Below are positions 29,542 through 38,013 of a stretch of DNA of 64,000 bases, in pieces. Within the stretch, counting starts at the first letter, position 1; each line of letters begins with the position of its first letter. This DNA is from Burkholderiales bacterium. GTDB lineage: Bacteria > Pseudomonadota > Gammaproteobacteria > Burkholderiales > SG8-39. Both the position numbers and the translations under genes were made by a program. The stretch lies in assembly GCA_035652275.1 (NCBI GenBank), contig DASREB010000117.1:5408-69407 (forward strand), in the 5' to 3' direction. Below the pieces are notes generated by a model, which was not told the DNA's origin, did no database searches, and worked only from the letters and a program-made list of their open reading frames with translations.

Positions 29542-30900
29542 ATGAACCGGAAAGCGATTTGGTCCTCGGCCATCTCTGTTCTGATCGGGTTTGGTCTGTT
29601 TATCACGTTCGGATTCGCCGACAACGAACAGGCAAAGGGTCGGTCGGAACACGCTAGAAAGCGACTTTCGGAAATTGACCGCCAGATCAGCGAGCACGCG
29701 GAGCGCATGGTCGAACAGGGCAGGCAGATCTTCCGCTTCGATACCTACGGCTCGGAAGCCTTCTTCGGCGACGCCTTGCAGCTCCACAAGGCGATCGCGG
29801 GCGCGAAAAACGGCGGCGTCGGGCCGGGCGTGAGCCCGAAGACCGCGCTCGCGGTCGGCCTCAAAGTGGACGCCGATGCCCTGCCCGAGCAGTTGAAAGC
29901 ACAGCTCAAGGCCGGGAAGGTGAATCTCGACGATCCCGCCACGACGCTCGCCCTGCTCAAGCTCAATGCCGTGCTCGGTCTGACGGGCCGGTTCGACGAC
30001 GCGGGGAAGATCACTTCGCTGGGGACGCAGTGCGCCCTGTGCCATTCAAAGGTGGACGATTCGTTCGCGCCCGGCATAGGCAGGCGCCTTGACGGCTGGG
30101 CCAACCGTGACCTGAACGTCGGTGTCATCGTCTCGCTCGCTCCGAATCTCAAGCCTTTCACCGATCTTCTCGGCGTCGATGAGGCCACGGTAAAGAAAGT
30201 GCTCACGAGCTGGGGTCCCGGCTGCTACGACGCGTGGCTCGACAAGGACGGCAAAGGCTTCCGGCCGGATGGTGGGCGTGCGTGCACGCTGATTCCGCCC
30301 GCGTTCGGTCTCGCAGGGGTCAACCTGCATACCTGGACGGGCTCTGGCTCGGTGCCGTATTGGAACGCCTACGTCGCGGTGACGCAGCAGCATGGCTCGG
30401 GCATCTTCTTCGACTCGCGTCTGGGCAACAAGGACCAGTACCCCGTGTCCGCGAGGAGCGGCTCCTTCAATACGCGCCGCACCCCCGATCTGGTCACGGC
30501 AAAGCTGGGGCCGCTGCACTTCTACCAGCTCGCCATCCCGGCACCGACGCCGCAGAAGGGCAGTTTCGACCAGGCAGCGGCCGAGCGAGGCAAAGAGGTT
30601 TTCAACGGCAGAGCGCAGTGCTCTAGCTGCCACGTCCCGCCGCTCTATACCGAGCCCGGCAACAACCTGCACAAGCCGGAGGAGATAGGCGTCGATTCGT
30701 TCCAGGCCGACCGATCGCCGACGCTCATGTACCGCACCGCCCCGCTTGCAGGACTGTGGACGCACCAGAAGGGCGGCTTCTACCACGACGGGCGCTTCGC
30801 AACGCTGCCCGCCGTCATCGAGCACTACGACCGTACGCTCAGGCTCGGGTTGACCGATCAGGAAAAGCGCGAGCTGGTCGAATACTTGAAGTCGCTATAG
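29542..30900 (+). CDS. Secreted di-haem c-type cytochrome, CCP/MauG-like (paralog 2)
   Basis: ATG at 29542 has ACGGAGGA upstream. The signal/TM segment is MNRKAIWSSAISVLIGFGLFITFGFA. From RKRLSE onward it aligns almost residue-for-residue with the 741-2165 protein, including both haem motifs (CALCH, CSSCH). Confidence 0.75.
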   Translation: MNRKAIWSSAISVLIGFGLFITFGFADNEQAKGRSEHARKRLSEIDRQISEHAERMVEQGRQIFRFDTYGSEAFFGDALQLHKAIAGAKNGGVGPGVSPKTALAVGLKVDADALPEQLKAQLKAGKVNLDDPATTLALLKLNAVLGLTGRFDDAGKITSLGTQCALCHSKVDDSFAPGIGRRLDGWANRDLNVGVIVSLAPNLKPFTDLLGVDEATVKKVLTSWGPGCYDAWLDKDGKGFRPDGGRACTLIPPAFGLAGVNLHTWTGSGSVPYWNAYVAVTQQHGSGIFFDSRLGNKDQYPVSARSGSFNTRRTPDLVTAKLGPLHFYQLAIPAPTPQKGSFDQAAAERGKEVFNGRAQCSSCHVPPLYTEPGNNLHKPEEIGVDSFQADRSPTLMYRTAPLAGLWTHQKGGFYHDGRFATLPAVIEHYDRTLRLGLTDQEKRELVEYLKSL

Positions 30901-31142
30901 AGGAAGACGGCGCGGCCTGGGAGGACGATGTCCTTATGGTCCGCGCCGTTGTCCGGGGTCGCATGACTCCGACTGCGCGACCGATATTCCTGAATTCACC
31001 CGGATCCGCTTTCCGGTCGGCGCGGTGGGGTCGATCGGGCGCCGATTCCGATATCGTGCTCGTGGGCGCTCTGCCCTTCGCTATCCGGGCGCTGGGGCGC
31101 TCTGTGCGCAGCGAGGCCGCGTTCGCGTCCTTCCTCGACGTA

Positions 31143-31286
31143 GAAATTCAAGGTAGGCGACCACGTTGCCTGGAACTCCTAGGCTGGGCGCGTGGCAAGG
31201 AGGATCCGCAGTACGAGCTTCGGAGCGGCAAGATCGATCACATCGCCATGCACAAGGGTTCTGCTCTGCGCAAGCTGAACCGGTAG
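31143..31286 (+). pseudogene. Decayed DUF2945 copy (in-frame TAG replacing a Glu codon, plus an internal deletion that changes frame)
   Basis: The 5' part gaaattcaaggtaggcgaccacgttgcctggaactccTAGgctgggcgcgtggc aligns to 26880-26935. The 3' part encodes EDPQYELRSGKIDHIAMHKGSALRKLNR*, compared with QDPQYEIQSDKTDHIAIHKGSALHKVNR* in the intact copy. Confidence 0.6.
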
Positions 31287-31298
31287 AGAGCAAGCCGA

Positions 31299-32300
31299 TT
31301 AGTGGTAGCCGCTGCCGGCCTGCACCTTGCCGCGGAACACCCAGTACGACCACACCGTGTAGCCGAGAATGATTGGCAGGAGAAACAGCGTGCCGAGGAC
31401 CAGGAAGGCCTGCGAGCGCGGCGTTGCCGCCGCCTGCCACAGATCGAAGCTGTACGGGACCACCATCGGGAAGATGCTGATCGCGAGCCCCAAATAGGCC
31501 ATCGCGAAAATGCCGAGGGCAGCGAGAAATGGATGCAGGTCTCGCCCGCGGCCAAGCGAGCGCCAGAGAAACACGAATAGCGCAAGCGTTACGAGCGGGA
31601 CGGGCCACAGCCACAATGGGTGTTCGCCGCCGAACCAGCGCTCGCGGATCTGCGGCTGGATGAACGGCGTCCAAAGGCTGACCATGGCGACGAACGCCGC
31701 GACGCCGATGGCGAACTGCCGTGCCTTGCGCCGCGCCCACGCTTGCACCCCGCCCTCGGTTTTCAGCACCAGCCAGCACGCGCCGAGCAGGCCGTAGCCG
31801 GCGATCAGGCCGGCCCCGGTTAGCAGCGCGAACGGCGTGAGCCAGCCGAGGCTGCCGCCGGCATACGCGCGGCCGGCGACCGGAATACCCTGCACGAACG
31901 TGCCGAGCACGATGCCCTGGGAAAACGTCGCGAGCAGAGACCCGGCGAAAAACGAGCGGTCCCAGTAATGGCGGCGCTGCGAGAGGTGGCGGAACTCGAA
32001 GGCGACGCCGCGGAAGATGAGCCCGATCAGCATGAAGAGAATCGGGAAGTACACGGCAGGGATGACGATGGCGAAGGCGAGCGGGAAGGCGGCGAGCAGC
32101 CCCACGCCGCCGAGCACCAGCCAGGTCTCGTTGAAGTCCCAGATCGGCGCGACCGAATTCATCATCGCGTCGCGGCTCGCGGCGTCGGGCGCGAAGGGAA
32201 AAAGAATCCCGACGCCGAGGTCGAACCCGTCCAGCAGCACGTACATGAACACGCCGAAGGCGAGAATCGCTGCCCACAACGGAACCAGGTCGAGCGCCAT
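31299..32300 (-). CDS. cydB: Cytochrome bd-type ubiquinol oxidase subunit II
   Basis: The N-terminus MALDLVPLWAAILAFGVFMYVLLDGFDLGVGILFPF is typical of CydB. The protein is multi-TM and lies 9 nt downstream of cydA. Confidence 0.9.
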   Translation of the reverse strand: MALDLVPLWAAILAFGVFMYVLLDGFDLGVGILFPFAPDAASRDAMMNSVAPIWDFNETWLVLGGVGLLAAFPLAFAIVIPAVYFPILFMLIGLIFRGVAFEFRHLSQRRHYWDRSFFAGSLLATFSQGIVLGTFVQGIPVAGRAYAGGSLGWLTPFALLTGAGLIAGYGLLGACWLVLKTEGGVQAWARRKARQFAIGVAAFVAMVSLWTPFIQPQIRERWFGGEHPLWLWPVPLVTLALFVFLWRSLGRGRDLHPFLAALGIFAMAYLGLAISIFPMVVPYSFDLWQAAATPRSQAFLVLGTLFLLPIILGYTVWSYWVFRGKVQAGSGYH

Positions 32301-32309
32301 GGTCGGCTC

Positions 32310-33692
32310 CTAGCGCACGCGCGTCGCGCCGGAAAGCGGCCGTGCCGGCGTCGCCGGCGGCCCGCGTGGCTCGAGCTCGGCGGCGGGCTCGAAGCCCCGG
32401 CGCACCAGCAGCGCCATGAAGAAGAGTCCCGCGCCGAAGATCAGGATATAGGCCAGGATATATACGAGGAGCGAAATCGCCACGTCGTGCGCGTTCAGGG
32501 AAGGTGTCACCGCATCGCGCGTGCGCAGCAGCCCGTACACCACCCACGGCTGCCGTCCCACTTCGGTCGTCACCCATCCGGCCACCACGGCGATGAACCC
32601 GAGCGGCGCAGCAAGGATGCAAAGGCGCTGGAACGCACTCGCGCTCGCCAGCCGGCCGCGGCGCCAGAGCATCAGGGCTGCGATCGTCAGGACGAGCATC
32701 GCGACGCCGATGCCCACCATCAGGCGGAACGAAAAGAACGGAATCGCCACCGGCGGCCGGTCCTCCGCCTTCCACTCCTTCAAGCCGCGAACCACCGCAT
32801 TCGGGTCGTGGCCAAGGATGATCGAGCCAAGCACCGGCACGCCGACTTCGAGGCGGTTGCGCTCCGCGTCCTCGTCGGGCCATGCGAAAAGTAGGAGCGG
32901 CATGCGCGCCTGCGTTTCCCAGTTCGCTTCCATGGCGGCGAGCTTCGCCGGCTGGTGCTCGAGCGTGTTGAGGCCATGCAGGTCGCCGACCAGGATCTGC
33001 AGCGGCACGAGCACCGCGAGCAGGCCGAAGCCCATCTTCTGCATGACCAGGCTCTCCTCGATATGGCGCCCGCGCCGCAGGTGGTACGCCGCCACGCCGA
33101 TCACCACCAGCGCGGTGGTGATGAAGAACGCCATCGTCGTGTGAACCAACCGGTACGGAAACGACGGATTGAAGACGACGCGCAGCCAGTCTTGGGGAAC
33201 GAACCGCCCATCGACGATCGCGTGACCGGCAGGCGTCTGCATCCAGCTGTTTGCCGAGAGGATCCAGAACGTGGAGAGCAGCGTGCCCGCCGCCACCATC
33301 ACGGCCGCGAAGAAATGCACCCAATGCGGCACGCGCTCGCGGCCGAAAAGAAGCACGCCGAGGAATCCGGCCTCGAGGAAAAACGCCATCAGCACCTCGT
33401 ACGCCATCAGCGGCCCGAGAACATCGGCGGTGATATCGGCGTAGCGGCTCCAGTTGGTGCCGAACTGAAACGGCATGACGATGCCCGATGCCACGCCCAT
33501 GCCGAACGAGACGGCGAAGATGCGCAGCCAGAACTTCGACAGGCGCAGGAACAGGGGCCGGCGGCTGAAGAAATAGATGCCTTCCAGGACGGCGATGTAG
33601 GCGGCGAGGCCCACGGTGAACGCCGGCAGGAGAATGTGCAGCGCGACGACCCACGCGAATTGAAGCCGTGACAGGAGCAGCGCGTCGGTCAT
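32310..33692 (-). CDS. cydA: Cytochrome bd-type ubiquinol oxidase subunit I (short Q-loop, CioA-like length, 460 aa)
   Basis: Conserved blocks include LSRLQFAWVVALHILLPAFTVGLA..IAVLEG....FGTNWSRY....MAYEVLMAFFLEAGFLG...KLAAMEA.WET. Confidence 0.9.
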   Translation of the reverse strand: MTDALLLSRLQFAWVVALHILLPAFTVGLAAYIAVLEGIYFFSRRPLFLRLSKFWLRIFAVSFGMGVASGIVMPFQFGTNWSRYADITADVLGPLMAYEVLMAFFLEAGFLGVLLFGRERVPHWVHFFAAVMVAAGTLLSTFWILSANSWMQTPAGHAIVDGRFVPQDWLRVVFNPSFPYRLVHTTMAFFITTALVVIGVAAYHLRRGRHIEESLVMQKMGFGLLAVLVPLQILVGDLHGLNTLEHQPAKLAAMEANWETQARMPLLLFAWPDEDAERNRLEVGVPVLGSIILGHDPNAVVRGLKEWKAEDRPPVAIPFFSFRLMVGIGVAMLVLTIAALMLWRRGRLASASAFQRLCILAAPLGFIAVVAGWVTTEVGRQPWVVYGLLRTRDAVTPSLNAHDVAISLLVYILAYILIFGAGLFFMALLVRRGFEPAAELEPRGPPATPARPLSGATRVR

Positions 33693-33802
33693 GGGCGTTG
33701 CATTCTAGTTCGGGCTTTTCGTTTGCGGCGGAAGATCTCGCCTACCCTCCATGCGCCCCCTGCAGAGCCGCCGTCACGCGGGAACCCTGTGACCTTCTAA
33801 AT

Positions 33803-34258
33803 TCAACGGTACCCCACGCCCATGACGTAATCGCGCAAGAGCGATACCTGCTCGCTCGCATGTCCCATGAGCGCCCGAAGCGCATCGCGCGCTTCGATCA
33901 CGCCTACCGGCCGAGTCCCGAAGTCGACGACTGGCATGTGAACCAGGGCCCGCTCTTTCATCACGCGGAGCACGTCTTCCAACGGATCGCCCGGATGGCA
34001 GTGAACGACATCGCGCGTCATCGCGTCCGCTGCGCGCAGCCAGCCGACAGCGCCGGGATTCTCGGCGATCTTGCGCAGCACGTCGGTCTTGGTGACGATT
34101 CCGGCCATCGTCTGCTCGCGCGTGCACACCACGACAAGGCTCACCGGCGTGTCGGAAAGCAGCCTTGCGAGCTCGGGAAGCAAGGCGTCCATGGCGGCGG
34201 TGACCAGGCGCCGCCGCGTCATCTCCTCCACGTCGCTTACGACAAGTCTGTCCGGCAT
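33803..34258 (-). CDS. CBS-pair domain protein (about 151 aa), immediately upstream of cydAB
   Basis: Two CBS repeats are visible (..SLVVVCTREQTMAGIVTKTDVLRKI and AMTRDVVHCHPGDPLEDVLRVMKERALVHMPVVDFGTRPVGVIEARDAL). The start is chosen at MPDRLVV. The longer 222-aa ORF would overlap the fghA start. Confidence 0.7.
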   Translation of the reverse strand: MPDRLVVSDVEEMTRRRLVTAAMDALLPELARLLSDTPVSLVVVCTREQTMAGIVTKTDVLRKIAENPGAVGWLRAADAMTRDVVHCHPGDPLEDVLRVMKERALVHMPVVDFGTRPVGVIEARDALRALMGHASEQVSLLRDYVMGVGYR

Positions 34259-34342
34259 CCGGTCGTCCCTGGCGTCCTGCGCGCAAGCAGCGTGCCGCAC
34301 CGGACGCGAACGCGGCCGCCGAGCGGCAGTCGTACTCAGATC

Positions 34343-35194
34343 GTGACGGGTCAATCGCTCAAGGTTCTCTCGGAGCATGCTTGCTTCGGCGGCGTGCAGG
34401 GCTTCTATGAGCATCTGTCGCGGGAGTGCGCGAGCGTGATGCGCTTTTCCCTGTACCGGCCGCCGCAGCACGGCACCCGGCCGCTGCCCGTCGTCTATTA
34501 CCTCGCGGGGCTCACTTGCACCGAAGAGACGTTTGCCGTCAAGGCAGGTGCCCAGCGCTTCGCCGCCGAGCTAGGCCTGGTCCTTGTCTCGCCGGACACG
34601 AGCCCGCGCGCACCGCGGCTGCCGGGCGACGACGAGCATTGGGACTTCGGCCTCGGCGCCGGCTTTTACGTCGATGCGACGCAGGCACCCTGGTCCAGGC
34701 ACTACAAGATGTACAGCTATGTGGTACGCGAGCTGCCCGAAGTCGTTGCGGCGCACTTCGGCCCCGTTTCCCGCCGGCAAGGCATCTTCGGCCATTCGAT
34801 GGGTGGGCACGGCGCGCTTGTCGGCGCGCTTCGCAATCCCGAGCTCTATGCATCCGTTTCCGCGCTCGCGCCTGTAAGCGCCGCGTCGCGCTGCCCTTGG
34901 GGCGAGAAGGCGCTGGGTCGCTACCTCGGACCCGACCGGGAGTCGTGGCGCGCCTATGACGCGGCCGAGCTCGCGCGGGCGAAGCGCTATGGCGGGACGC
35001 TGCTCGTCGACCAGGGACGCGCCGATAAATTCCTCGAGGAGCAGCTAAAGCCGGAGCTGCTGCAGGAGGCGTGCCGCGCCAGCGGGACGCGGCTGGAACT
35101 TCGGCTGCACGATTCGTACGATCACGGCTACTACTTCATCGGCACCTTCATCGAGGACCATTTGCGCCACCACGCCCGGCTCCTTTGCCGGTGA
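34343..35194 (+). CDS. fghA: S-formylglutathione hydrolase (esterase D family)
   Basis: GTG at 34343 gives MTGQSLKVLSEHACFGGVQGFYEH.S.....MRFS.Y.PP......PVVYYLAGLTCTEE.F..KAGAQ...FGHSMGGHGAL...DHGYYFI. Only the C-terminal 283 aa of the 508-aa ORF are credible. Confidence 0.85.
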   Translation: MTGQSLKVLSEHACFGGVQGFYEHLSRECASVMRFSLYRPPQHGTRPLPVVYYLAGLTCTEETFAVKAGAQRFAAELGLVLVSPDTSPRAPRLPGDDEHWDFGLGAGFYVDATQAPWSRHYKMYSYVVRELPEVVAAHFGPVSRRQGIFGHSMGGHGALVGALRNPELYASVSALAPVSAASRCPWGEKALGRYLGPDRESWRAYDAAELARAKRYGGTLLVDQGRADKFLEEQLKPELLQEACRASGTRLELRLHDSYDHGYYFIGTFIEDHLRHHARLLCR

Positions 35195-35214
35195 GCGACG
35201 CCCTCCCGGACGGC

Positions 35215-35539
35215 TTACAGAAAGGTGTGCCGGATATCAACGCTTGAGCGCACGCCGACATCGCCGAGCGTTGCCGCCAGCCAGCGCTCAGCGGCGGCGC
35301 GGCCGGCCACTTTGAGATGCTCGAGAAAAGCACGCTCGACATTGGCCTTGCTTGCCACACCGAGGGCTTTCATCGCCTCCTCGTCGCCTGAGCGCTCCGG
35401 CGCTCGTGCCGCTGATCGCTTCGATGACGAAACGCCCGTCCTCGAGGAGGCGGTCGAGCACGCCCCAGGCAAACGCACCGTGCGCGCCGCCGCCTTGCAG
35501 AGCCAGGCTCACGCGTGGCCTGGTTTGCGCATCGCTCAT
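35215..35539 (-). pseudogene. Patatin-like phospholipase remnant (N-terminal ~50 aa joined out of frame to a C-terminal ~58 aa; the middle is deleted)
   Basis: Frame 1 encodes MSDAQTRPRVSLALQGGGAHGAFAWGVLDRLLEDGRFVIEAISGTSAGAL, which contains the GGGxxG and GTSAG motifs, and then becomes nonsense. Frame 2 encodes ..GDEEAMKALGVASKANVERAFLEHLKVAGRAAAERWL..*, which is typical of a patatin C-terminal tail. Confidence 0.6.
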
Positions 35540-35900
35540 TGCTCTCGCCGGTCTCTAGTTCAAGCAACGACATGGTGTTCCGCAATTTGGCGATAGAGCA
35601 AGCGCTACCGTTTTCACCGAACAGCTAGCGCAGCGGGTAGAAAGCGAGAGAGCTAAGCGCGCCGCCGCGGCGGCAGGCGAGGCGCTTTGCGATTGCGGTC
35701 TGGCACACGGACGGGTGGAGGCGGCTTTTTGCCCGTCCGCTTACGCGATTTCGTCGATGCCATGCTCGCGTTCTCCGTTCAGGACCGCCGGTGCCCGCCT
35801 GACTATAGCGGTTGCATTCTAGCGCCCGCGCCGAGCGATCGGTCGCATCGATGAGATGGCACACCGCTTGCGTCGCCCGGCGCAGCGAGAGGGGCGGCAC

Positions 35901-37019
35901 ATGGCAAGCGATCAAACATTCCGCATCGGCATCTCCGGCTCCTACGGCGGCATGAACCTCGGGGACGAGGCCATCCTCGAAGGAATCCTCGGCGAGCTGC
36001 GCGCGAGCGTGCGCGCCGAGGTGACGGTGTTCTCAAGGAACCCGCCCGACACGCTCGCGCGCCACAAGGTCGAACACGCGATCAATCCGCGCCCGCTCAC
36101 CCGGAAGGAGATCACGCCCACCATCCGCGACCTCGACCTGCTCGTGCTGGGCGGCGGCGGTATCCTGTTCGACGGCGAAGTCGACGCGTATCTGCGCGAG
36201 GTGCTGATCGCACATGAGGTCGACGTCCCGGTCCTCGTGTACTCGATCAGCGCCGGGCCGCTTGCGCGTCGCGAATCGCGGCTCGCCGTGCGCGAGGCGC
36301 TGAACGCTGCGCCCAGCACGGTCATCACGGTGCGCGACCGCCTCGGACTGCGCCTCCTCGAAGAGGTCGGCGTCACGCACGAGATCCAGCTCGCAGCGGA
36401 CCCGGCGTTCCTGCTCGAGCCGGAGCCACTGGCCACCGAGCTGCTGAAGGCAGAAGGCGTGACGCTCGATCGGCACACGGTCGGCTTCTCCGTCCGGGAG
36501 CCCGGGCCGGCCGCGCCCGACATCGATCCAGAGCAGTACTACGGCCTGCTCGCCAACGCCGCCGACTTCGTGATCGAGCGCTTCGACGCCGAGGTGGTGT
36601 TCGTGCCGATGGAGAAGTACGACGTGCAGCATAGCCACGCCGTGGTCGCCCACATGCGCTTTCCCGAGCACGCGGAAATCCTGCGCCGCCGCTATTCCTC
36701 GCGGCAGATCCTCGATCTCATGGGTCGATTCGACTTCGCGGTCGGCATGCGGCTGCACTTCCTCATCTTTGCCGCGCTGCGCGGCACGCCGTTCTCTCCG
36801 CTACCCTACGCGTCCAAGGTATCCGGCCTGCTCGAGGATCTGGGTATGGACACCCCGCCTCTCGAAGCGATCGGCATCGGGCAACTCATTGGTCGCATCG
36901 ATCGCAAATGGGACACGCGCGAAGCGATTCGCGCAAGCGTGTCGGAGCGCGTGCCGGCGCTGCGTGCGCGCGCAAGATTGAGCAACGCGGCGCTGGTGCG
37001 TATGCTGAAGGCTGCATGA
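35901..37019 (+). CDS. Polysaccharide pyruvyl transferase family protein
   Basis: ATG at 35901 follows GAGAGGGG. The translation is FRIGISGSYGGMNLGDEAILEGILGELRA...LLVLGGGGILFD...MRLHFLIFAA. I recognise the family by motif only. Confidence 0.6.
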   Translation: MASDQTFRIGISGSYGGMNLGDEAILEGILGELRASVRAEVTVFSRNPPDTLARHKVEHAINPRPLTRKEITPTIRDLDLLVLGGGGILFDGEVDAYLREVLIAHEVDVPVLVYSISAGPLARRESRLAVREALNAAPSTVITVRDRLGLRLLEEVGVTHEIQLAADPAFLLEPEPLATELLKAEGVTLDRHTVGFSVREPGPAAPDIDPEQYYGLLANAADFVIERFDAEVVFVPMEKYDVQHSHAVVAHMRFPEHAEILRRRYSSRQILDLMGRFDFAVGMRLHFLIFAALRGTPFSPLPYASKVSGLLEDLGMDTPPLEAIGIGQLIGRIDRKWDTREAIRASVSERVPALRARARLSNAALVRMLKAA

Positions 37020-37588
37020 GCTTGACGCAACCGGACTCGCCAAGGACCGGTGAACAATTCGCCATGCCGCCTTATCCGCGCGAGCTCGAGCAGCAGATGT
37101 CGCTCGCCGGGCTCGACGTCCTCCTGCGACCCATACGGCCTGAGGACGCCAGCGCATATGCCGACTTCATTGCGCGCACGGCCGCCGAGGATTTGCGCAT
37201 GCGCTTTTTCACCCTCAGGCGACGGCTGCCCGCAAAGGACCTCGCACGCTATACCGAGATCGACTATCAAAGGGAAATGGCGTTCGTCGCCCTGCCTGAG
37301 AAAGGCAGCGGAGAAATCCTCGGCGAAGTGCGTATCTACTGCTTTTCCGACGGCGCGACTGCGGAGTTCGCGCTACTCGTGCGCAGCGACGTGCAGCGCC
37401 GCGGGCTCGGGCGTGCGCTGCTGGCGAAGGCCATCGAATACAGCCGCGCGCGCGGTGCGACGGCCCTTCTGGGACAGATGCGCCCCGATAACGAGGCGAT
37501 GATCGCGCTTGCGCGCGCTTTGGGCATGCAGGTCGAGGTCACGCCGGACGTGAGCTTCGCTGTCGCGCATCTCGATTTGGCGATTTGA
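37016..37588 (+). CDS. GNAT family N-acetyltransferase
   Basis: The start overlaps the upstream stop as ATGA. The acetyl-CoA binding block is LLVRSDVQRRGLGRALLAKAIEYSRARGA. Confidence 0.8.
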   Translation: MSLTQPDSPRTGEQFAMPPYPRELEQQMSLAGLDVLLRPIRPEDASAYADFIARTAAEDLRMRFFTLRRRLPAKDLARYTEIDYQREMAFVALPEKGSGEILGEVRIYCFSDGATAEFALLVRSDVQRRGLGRALLAKAIEYSRARGATALLGQMRPDNEAMIALARALGMQVEVTPDVSFAVAHLDLAI

Positions 37589-37589
37589 C

Positions 37590-38009
37590 ATGCACCGTGT
37601 CCTCATTGCCGTGGACGGTTCCAAGCCCGCGGAGCGTGCGGTGCGGCACGTCATCGGGACTGCGGCGGCCGGCATGAAGCAGCAGGTGCTACTGTTGAAC
37701 GTGCAGCTTGAGTGGGCACCGGCGCGTTCGAAAGAGGAGAAGGATGAGGGTCGGCGCCTGCACGCCGAGGCGGCCGATCAGGCGACCCGGCGCGCTCGCG
37801 CGCTTCTGGAGGCGGCCGGCCTGCCCTACGAATCGGCGATGCGCGTCGGCGACGAGGCGGGGGAGATCGCCGCGCTCGCCCGCGCTCGTAAATGCAGCCA
37901 GATTGTCATGGGCATGCGCGGACGTGGCGCTATTGCGCGCGTGGTCCTCGGCTCAGTTTCCCTGAAGACGCTGCGGCTCGCCGAAGTTCCAGTGACCATC
38001 GTCAAGTGA
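37590..38009 (+). CDS. Universal stress protein (UspA family)
   Basis: The translation is MHRVLIAVDGSKPAERAVRHVI...IVMGMRGRGAIARVVLGSVSLKTLRLAEVPVTIVK. It starts 1 nt after the GNAT stop. Confidence 0.85.
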   Translation: MHRVLIAVDGSKPAERAVRHVIGTAAAGMKQQVLLLNVQLEWAPARSKEEKDEGRRLHAEAADQATRRARALLEAAGLPYESAMRVGDEAGEIAALARARKCSQIVMGMRGRGAIARVVLGSVSLKTLRLAEVPVTIVK

Positions 38010-38013
38010 CGCG

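Noticed and set aside
33697-33708. A 12-mer, GTTGCATTCTAG, is repeated at 33697-33708 (upstream of cydA) and at 35811-35822. It contains a TTGCA that could be a sigma-54 -12 element.
   Set aside because: No TGGCAC-like -24 element lies at the correct spacing in either copy. A single shared 12-mer is expected by chance in 64 kb on two strands.
33668-35194. A 508-aa ORF that appears to be one large protein.
   Set aside because: Only the last 283 aa (from GTG 34343) match S-formylglutathione hydrolase. The first 225 aa are antisense to a well-supported CBS gene. The same logic was used to trim the 5' ends of the ORFs at 7145, 8580, 12211, 17741, 27126, 36908, 741-2321 and 50095-52911.
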